Shown: piece after piece, positions 58,950 through 64,000 of the stretch
Layout: each line of letters begins with the position of its first letter
Position numbering within the stretch: the stretch's first letter is position 1
DNA from: Pseudomonas phage BRkr
Strand: one strand, 5' to 3'
Length of the DNA stretch: 64,000 nt
Sequence record: LC765218.1
Program-made: the position numbers and the translations under genes
Notes under the pieces: model-generated
Told to the model about the DNA's origin: nothing
The model's input: only the letters and a program-made list of their open reading frames with translations
Databases searched by the model: none

Positions 58950-60584
58950 ATGCACGGAATCAACATGGGCATTTCCGCTGGTGCAGCTGTCAACTCGAAG
59001 TTGTCCGTACAGAACTTTGTTCTGGTGGAAACCGGCACCTATCAAGAACAGCACATTCGACCTTTCTCGATTAATGCTAACCAAGAAGTAGCTCGTCAAC
59101 TGGAACAAGCTACAAATGGTGGCATGAACCTTCGGGTAAGTGCTGTACAAGAAGTAGCTTCTTCGGTTATCACTCCCCAAGCATCGGTAGAAGGTAGTGT
59201 CGGTATTGCACATGGCTGGCGTTCTCGCCGGTTCCGCTTCTTGATGAAAGTGAATGAGCAACATCCATTCATTGCGGGAACGCTGACTCAACGTATCTTC
59301 TTTGGCTATAGTGACCACGCTGATGCATCTCAGAATTATCTGCCGGATGACATGCGTATCTACTTCAACTCCGAAACTATCATTGCTCAAGCTATTCAAC
59401 AAACCATTCATGGTCCCCAACACGTTGCATCGATCGTAGGTTCCAACCAGATCGTTTCTCCTGTTGACATGATGGGTGGAATGAATGGAATGTTCTCTCG
59501 TGCAACTGCTCACCTGATCCGTCCTGAAGATATCTTTAGTATTGGTCAAACAGCGCATGTGGCACAGAAACTGCAAAGCTCTGGTTTGTTTGACGGAATG
59601 ATCAATCGGTCCATCGACCATCGCACGATGGTTGGTGAAGGAGGAGCATACAAGTATAGCCAACGTCGAGATACCTCTCCAACTCGTTATCTGTCGAATA
59701 CTCTTGGCGCATACCAACATGCTGTCAAAGAGAATGCAATGGAGAACCAAGGGGATGATCTGTTCGGGGCTCCTGATAAAGATGTAATGTTTGGTGAAGC
59801 TGCTGCCCAGTGCAGGAATCAGCAGATCCATACTAACACCTTCTTGGCTGTTCTTAAAGATCATGCCGGGTATATGGAGAATGGCTATATCACTTTCCGT
59901 GATCTCAAGCGGCTCTTCCCTGAATGCGGCACCCAACAGGTTACTCAGTTCTCCATGAACGATGGCCGTTCAATCCGTCGTATTTCTCAGGCAGAAGACT
60001 CCGAAGTTTGGAGCGGTGCAGACTATACCTCCATTGGTGCAAGTCTGTTGGCACAGACCATTCCGTCGATCATGATGGATACCTTCCTCCGCACTTGCTC
60101 GTTTGCTGTAACTAATGGTACTGGTCCGAATAACTATTCGTTCGAGTTCCATCCGCAGAACTCTAAGGCTATCATTGATAACCTGGACATGCGTCAATAC
60201 ATTCTGGAATTCGAACGCCGCCTGGCTATCGATATCCTGAACAACATCACCCGTGGTAACCAGCTGCCGTTCCGTATCTCGATGCATTCGGACTTGGCTG
60301 GTGACTCGATCATCGATATTGCCATCGGTGGTCAGTCGCTGACTCGTTTCATTGCACCGACCTTTACGGATAGTCTGTTCTCCCCGATGATTACCCGTAA
60401 CGAGCAACACCCGACTAACCTGTCTGGTGATATGCTGTGGCTGGTACAAGAAGTAATTCCCAATCCGACTCAACATCAGGCTCTTCAGTCTGTCGGTTAC
60501 CAACATCCGGTAGCTGCACCCATCATGATGCCTAACGCTATTAACCAAGGAGCAAGCAATGTCGTTGATCTTGGACTCGTATAA
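58950..60584 (+). CDS. hypothetical protein (544 aa)
   Basis: Complete ORF with optimised codons. Confidence 0.55.
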   Translation: MHGINMGISAGAAVNSKLSVQNFVLVETGTYQEQHIRPFSINANQEVARQLEQATNGGMNLRVSAVQEVASSVITPQASVEGSVGIAHGWRSRRFRFLMKVNEQHPFIAGTLTQRIFFGYSDHADASQNYLPDDMRIYFNSETIIAQAIQQTIHGPQHVASIVGSNQIVSPVDMMGGMNGMFSRATAHLIRPEDIFSIGQTAHVAQKLQSSGLFDGMINRSIDHRTMVGEGGAYKYSQRRDTSPTRYLSNTLGAYQHAVKENAMENQGDDLFGAPDKDVMFGEAAAQCRNQQIHTNTFLAVLKDHAGYMENGYITFRDLKRLFPECGTQQVTQFSMNDGRSIRRISQAEDSEVWSGADYTSIGASLLAQTIPSIMMDTFLRTCSFAVTNGTGPNNYSFEFHPQNSKAIIDNLDMRQYILEFERRLAIDILNNITRGNQLPFRISMHSDLAGDSIIDIAIGGQSLTRFIAPTFTDSLFSPMITRNEQHPTNLSGDMLWLVQEVIPNPTQHQALQSVGYQHPVAAPIMMPNAINQGASNVVDLGLV

Positions 60585-61878
60585 GTCTGTACTCCCCTCG
60601 TTCGCCTGCGAGTTCGATGAAGAAGGTTATATCAGCCTCCGCAATCCGGTAGGTACTGCTTCTCCTTCGACCGTAGACGGTAAACGTCTTGTAATCCCAA
60701 CCGATAAGTTCCTTCGCAAGGGATTCGGTGAAGACTTCCAGCCGTTCCACCCGCTGAGTGAAGCATTGAGTCGCCGGGGTACTTCCCCGGTGATTCAGTA
60801 TCTGCAACGCGCAGCAAAAGCACACATTAGTTTCGTCGTCCACAAAATGGCCGAACAACTTCTGACCATCGCAGCGGACAAGTCGTCCCACAAGGACCTG
60901 CCACCGGATGCAACTGACTTCCTGAAGAAACTGGCAGATGCGGATAAAGCAACTGTCGGTCTGTTCGAGAAACTGATGCCTGCTGCTACTAAGAAGAACC
61001 GACTGGTTGCAGTTTACTTGAAGAATGGCGGTACTTTCGATGGTAAGAAAGTAAACCGTATGGCGATCATTCGCTTCCCGATCCTGGAAGATCTTCAGGC
61101 TGAAACTGATGATGTTCTTGGTATCAAGATGGCGAAGAAACAACGTAAGGTTCTCACTGCGCTGTTCAAACTGATCGTTCCGTTTGGTGACAATCCGGAA
61201 GAGTATGCCTTTGGTACTACCAGCCGTGTTGCACCTTATTACACCAGTCTTCTGACAGCGTATCACAAAGTAATCGTGATGCTCAATCAGCTGATTAACC
61301 GGTACGCGATCCCACTGCAAATCCCCGTCAATCTTATTCCTGTGTTTGATCTGGATCTGATCGACGAGTTCCCGAAGATCTATAACCTTATCCCTCCGCT
61401 GAATGGCAACCTCGGTGGTCGTGATGAGGATACTCCGGAAACTGCCGAAGCTGTACAAACCCAGCAACAAGCACCGAGCGTTACTGCTCCACAAGCCAGT
61501 ACTCCTCAGCTGACTCGTCCCGCCGCAGTTGTTAGCAAACCTGTAGAAAAAGATACTGTCTCCATGAGCGAATTCATGGCCGCACAGAATCCCCAACCGC
61601 AGATGATGCAGCAGCAAATGGGAATGATGATGCCGATGAATAACGGCATGATGATGCCAGGCAATGGCATGATGCAGATGAATGGCATGGGTGGGATGAT
61701 GCAACCTATGCAAATGGGTAACATGCAGCCCCAGGGTATCCAAGCGAACGCACCCATTCCCGCGTGGATGGGTGGCCAACAACAGGGCACGATGATGATG
61801 GGTAACGGTCAACCGGCTAACCCGTACATGCAGGCTGTGGCTGGCATGCGTCAAACCAATGGTCTTGGATTGGTGTAA
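60559..61878 (+). CDS. hypothetical protein (439 aa) with Met/Gln/Gly/Asn-rich low-complexity C-terminal tail
   Basis: AAGGAG Shine-Dalgarno. The C-terminal roughly 110 aa are almost purely M, Q, G, N and P, for example MMQQQMGMMMPMNNGMMMPGNGMMQMNGMGGMMQPMQMGNMQPQG. Confidence 0.55.
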   Translation: MSLILDSYKSVLPSFACEFDEEGYISLRNPVGTASPSTVDGKRLVIPTDKFLRKGFGEDFQPFHPLSEALSRRGTSPVIQYLQRAAKAHISFVVHKMAEQLLTIAADKSSHKDLPPDATDFLKKLADADKATVGLFEKLMPAATKKNRLVAVYLKNGGTFDGKKVNRMAIIRFPILEDLQAETDDVLGIKMAKKQRKVLTALFKLIVPFGDNPEEYAFGTTSRVAPYYTSLLTAYHKVIVMLNQLINRYAIPLQIPVNLIPVFDLDLIDEFPKIYNLIPPLNGNLGGRDEDTPETAEAVQTQQQAPSVTAPQASTPQLTRPAAVVSKPVEKDTVSMSEFMAAQNPQPQMMQQQMGMMMPMNNGMMMPGNGMMQMNGMGGMMQPMQMGNMQPQGIQANAPIPAWMGGQQQGTMMMGNGQPANPYMQAVAGMRQTNGLGLV

Positions 61879-61887
61879 GACGGCATA

Positions 61888-61911
61888 AAGCAGGGGGCCT
61901 TAGGGTCCCCT
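61888..61911. terminator. bidirectional intrinsic terminator
   Basis: GCAGGGGGCC-TTAG-GGTCCCCTGC with one G-U pair, flanked by CATAAAG, between convergent ends at 61878 and 61921. Confidence 0.5.
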
Positions 61912-61920
61912 GCTGTTGCT

Positions 61921-62283
61921 TTAAAATTTTCGACTAGTGTAGAACTGTTGTAATGCACCGATCTCGTTGTTAGATGGCTTGATCAAGATATTGTTGTACA
62001 CTTTGTCTAAAGGGTTACGGACATCTGCTGCAAACTGGTTTGGATTTTCCATGCCATTAACACGCAAATAAATCCAATGGAGTTCAGGCTCAATACCGAT
62101 CTCTGTTAAATACCCATAAAAGTTTCCTTCGTATTGCCAGTACAACTCATTCGGAATCTCTACTCTAACCGAGTTGATATTACGGAGAATGTTGATATGT
62201 GTTTCGACAATTAAACGGAAAGCTGGATCATAAAACATTGATGCTCCACCGTCACCGGTTTGTTCCATAATTGTAAATGCCAT
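61921..62283 (-). CDS. hypothetical protein (120 aa)
   Basis: Complete ORF. A lone minus-strand gene. Confidence 0.5.
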   Translation of the reverse strand: MAFTIMEQTGDGGASMFYDPAFRLIVETHINILRNINSVRVEIPNELYWQYEGNFYGYLTEIGIEPELHWIYLRVNGMENPNQFAADVRNPLDKVYNNILIKPSNNEIGALQQFYTSRKF

Positions 62284-62300
62284 AGAGGAATCCTACAAAA

Positions 62301-62324
62301 AAATAATTTTCACATCTATATAAT
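62301..62324 (+). promoter_or_regulatory. early-promoter-like element ...TTTTCACATCTATATAAT
   Basis: ATCTATAT core 33 nt upstream of the ATG at 62357. Confidence 0.45.
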
Positions 62325-62356
62325 CATTCTGCACCAACGATCAACAGGAGTTATAG

Positions 62357-64000
62357 ATGCAAAGTCTACCAAATGCCATCCGTGAAATTAACCTGCGTTT
62401 GCTCGGTCACGCGGCAATTGATCCATATTACGGAACAACCTCCGCGGCACGCGGTGCCATGTTGCTGTCACATATTGGACAATCGCCAGTAGTGGAAGGG
62501 AACGAGCCACGTCGGGTAATGGCGGGTATCGAAATGCGTTATGCTGAACATACCTTCGATATTCGTTTCCCAACGGATTGCGTTGTTCTGAATATTATCC
62601 GTAAGTATCCCACTGGTGTGGGTCGTGGATCTATTCGACATAACCCCGTAACTACGATCGTGTATGAGGAGTATTACGACGAGTTTAAACGAATCGGTGT
62701 TATCCATGTACCAGAGTACCTAAGCTTTCACCAGGACTTTGGATTCAAACTTGAGAAGCAGAAAGATGTATGGAATAACCTTGCCGTTGGTGAGATGTTT
62801 GCCAAAGATACGGTTATTGCACAATCCACAACTGTAAAAGAAAATGGTCTTCTGGGCATGGGCGTTAACGCCACCGTGATGTTCGGTTCTATGCCTGGTA
62901 CTATTGAGGATGGTTTCGTATTCTGCGATGAGTTCCTTCGGGAGAAGATGGCTCCTCGTACTTATACAACCGCTACTGGCGGAGCTGGTAAGAAAGCATT
63001 CTTCCTCAATATGTACGGTGACGATAAAAACATCAAGCTCTTCCCTGATATCGGTGAACGTATTCGTGATGATGGTGTTATCTTCGCTGTTCGAGACCTT
63101 GATGACGATCTCTCGCCAGCTGAAATGACTCCACGTGCATTGCGCACCCTCGATCGTACGTTTGACCGTGCCGTAATTGGTGATCCGGGCGCAATCATTA
63201 AAGACATCAAAGTGTATTGGGATGATCGTCAAAATCCATCTTATACTCCGAGTGGTATGGATGGACAACTGCGGAAGTACTATGACGCACTGGCGTCGTA
63301 TTACCGTGAGATCATCAAGGTATATAAAGGTCTGTCTGCCCGCCGTAAAGATCGCCTCCATATGACCGAGGAATTTCGTCAACTTGTAGTAGAAGCGATG
63401 ATCTATCTGCCTCAAGCCGAAGGTCAACGTAAGCTGACCCGTATGTATCGACTGGATCAACTTGATGAATGGCGTGTTGAAATCACCTATGAATCGATTA
63501 AAGAACCGGGCGGTGCATATAAAGCCACTGATTTCCATGGCGGCAAAGGTGTCGTTTGTAAGATCATGAAGCGAGCAGATATGCCTCGTGACGTGAATGG
63601 TAACGTTGCAGATGTTGTTATCTTTGGCGGCTCGACTATGCGTCGTTCTAACTATGGTCGTATCTATGAACATGGTTTCGGTGCAGCATCTCGCGATCTG
63701 GCTCAACGTCTCCGAGTTGAATGTGGGCTAGAGCGTCATGGTTCCTATGAACTTGACGACGTTGTAAACCATATCAGAAACAATCCTGACTTTATCAAGT
63801 ATGCCTTTAATGAGCTGCTTGATTTCTATGCAATCGTTACTCCGACAATGCATGGAATGGTTAAGGATCACCCGAATCCGATTCAACATGTATCGCATGT
63901 ATTGAGAGATGGTTTTGCGTACTTGTATTCCCCGGTTGATGACCCCGTACATTTGCCGACAGCAAGTAACCAAATCCTTAATTCTCGCTTCTGTCCAACA
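62357..64000 (+). CDS. multisubunit RNA polymerase beta subunit, C-terminal fragment (partial, runs off window end)
   Basis: CAGGAG Shine-Dalgarno then ATG. The frame is open to the end of the window. FHGGKGVVCKIMKRADMPRDVNGNVADVVIFGGSTMRRSNYGRIYEHGFG aligns by eye with E. coli beta [50 protein letters not shown], the catalytic region near the active site. Confidence 0.85.
   Translation, partial: MQSLPNAIREINLRLLGHAAIDPYYGTTSAARGAMLLSHIGQSPVVEGNEPRRVMAGIEMRYAEHTFDIRFPTDCVVLNIIRKYPTGVGRGSIRHNPVTTIVYEEYYDEFKRIGVIHVPEYLSFHQDFGFKLEKQKDVWNNLAVGEMFAKDTVIAQSTTVKENGLLGMGVNATVMFGSMPGTIEDGFVFCDEFLREKMAPRTYTTATGGAGKKAFFLNMYGDDKNIKLFPDIGERIRDDGVIFAVRDLDDDLSPAEMTPRALRTLDRTFDRAVIGDPGAIIKDIKVYWDDRQNPSYTPSGMDGQLRKYYDALASYYREIIKVYKGLSARRKDRLHMTEEFRQLVVEAMIYLPQAEGQRKLTRMYRLDQLDEWRVEITYESIKEPGGAYKATDFHGGKGVVCKIMKRADMPRDVNGNVADVVIFGGSTMRRSNYGRIYEHGFGAASRDLAQRLRVECGLERHGSYELDDVVNHIRNNPDFIKYAFNELLDFYAIVTPTMHGMVKDHPNPIQHVSHVLRDGFAYLYSPVDDPVHLPTASNQILNSRFCPT

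Noticed and set aside
1-64000. CRISPR arrays, integrase, transposase or IS elements, rRNA genes, prophage att sites
   Set aside because: No repeat-spacer periodicity, no recombinase or transposase motifs and no rRNA-like sequence were seen. The window is a continuous lytic jumbo-phage gene array.

Overview
The whole window reads as one contiguous stretch of a phiKZ-like, nucleus-forming jumbo phage (Chimalliviridae-type). There are no host genes, integrase, transposase, rRNA or CRISPR array. Gene order is consistent with the gene order I recall for phiKZ (from memory): terminase large subunit, then tail sheath and tail tube, then the tubulin PhuZ, then the nuclear-shell protein chimallin immediately followed by an RNA polymerase beta-prime N-terminal fragment carrying NADFDGD, and further on an RNA polymerase beta C-terminal fragment that runs off the right edge.

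The left 9 kb is an accessory nucleotide-metabolism island. It holds class Ia ribonucleotide reductase nrdA and nrdB, split by a frameshift-decayed Kelch-like gene on the opposite strand, plus a dihydrofolate reductase. The same island carries two minus-strand tRNAs, Pro-UGG and Leu-UAA, and a tRNA-like hairpin.

Other calls that can be supported are an SbcD/Mre11-like nuclease, a GNAT acetyltransferase, a DUF1353 protein, a secreted glycine-zipper protein, an SSB-like protein with a Gly-rich linker and an acidic DDSIPDF tip, and a 716-aa protein with polymerase-like NSYSG and DTDS motifs. About 50 further small ORFs have no recognisable product.

The regulatory layer is unusually legible. At least ten plus-strand copies of an AT-rich ATCTATAT(T/A)AC element sit upstream of plus-strand transcription units, as early, virion-RNA-polymerase-type promoters do in this family. 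About 25 GC-stem, UUCG-capped hairpins followed by a CTTTATG U-tract act as intrinsic terminators, many of them bidirectional.

A subset of genes (sheath, tube, chimallin, the SSB-like protein, three large proteins at 57.3-61.9 kb and the beta fragment) use strongly G/C-ending, Enterobacteriaceae-like codons, unlike the AT-rich remainder.

The regions most worth follow-up are the chimallin, PhuZ and split-polymerase phage-nucleus module, a 330-bp structured G-tract intergenic region at 27.9-28.2 kb, a 390-bp untranslated region downstream of chimallin that is not AT-rich, a Met/Gln/Gly-rich disordered tail on the protein at 60.6-61.9 kb, and a cascade of overlapping ORFs stepping +1 in frame at 37.4-39.0 kb.
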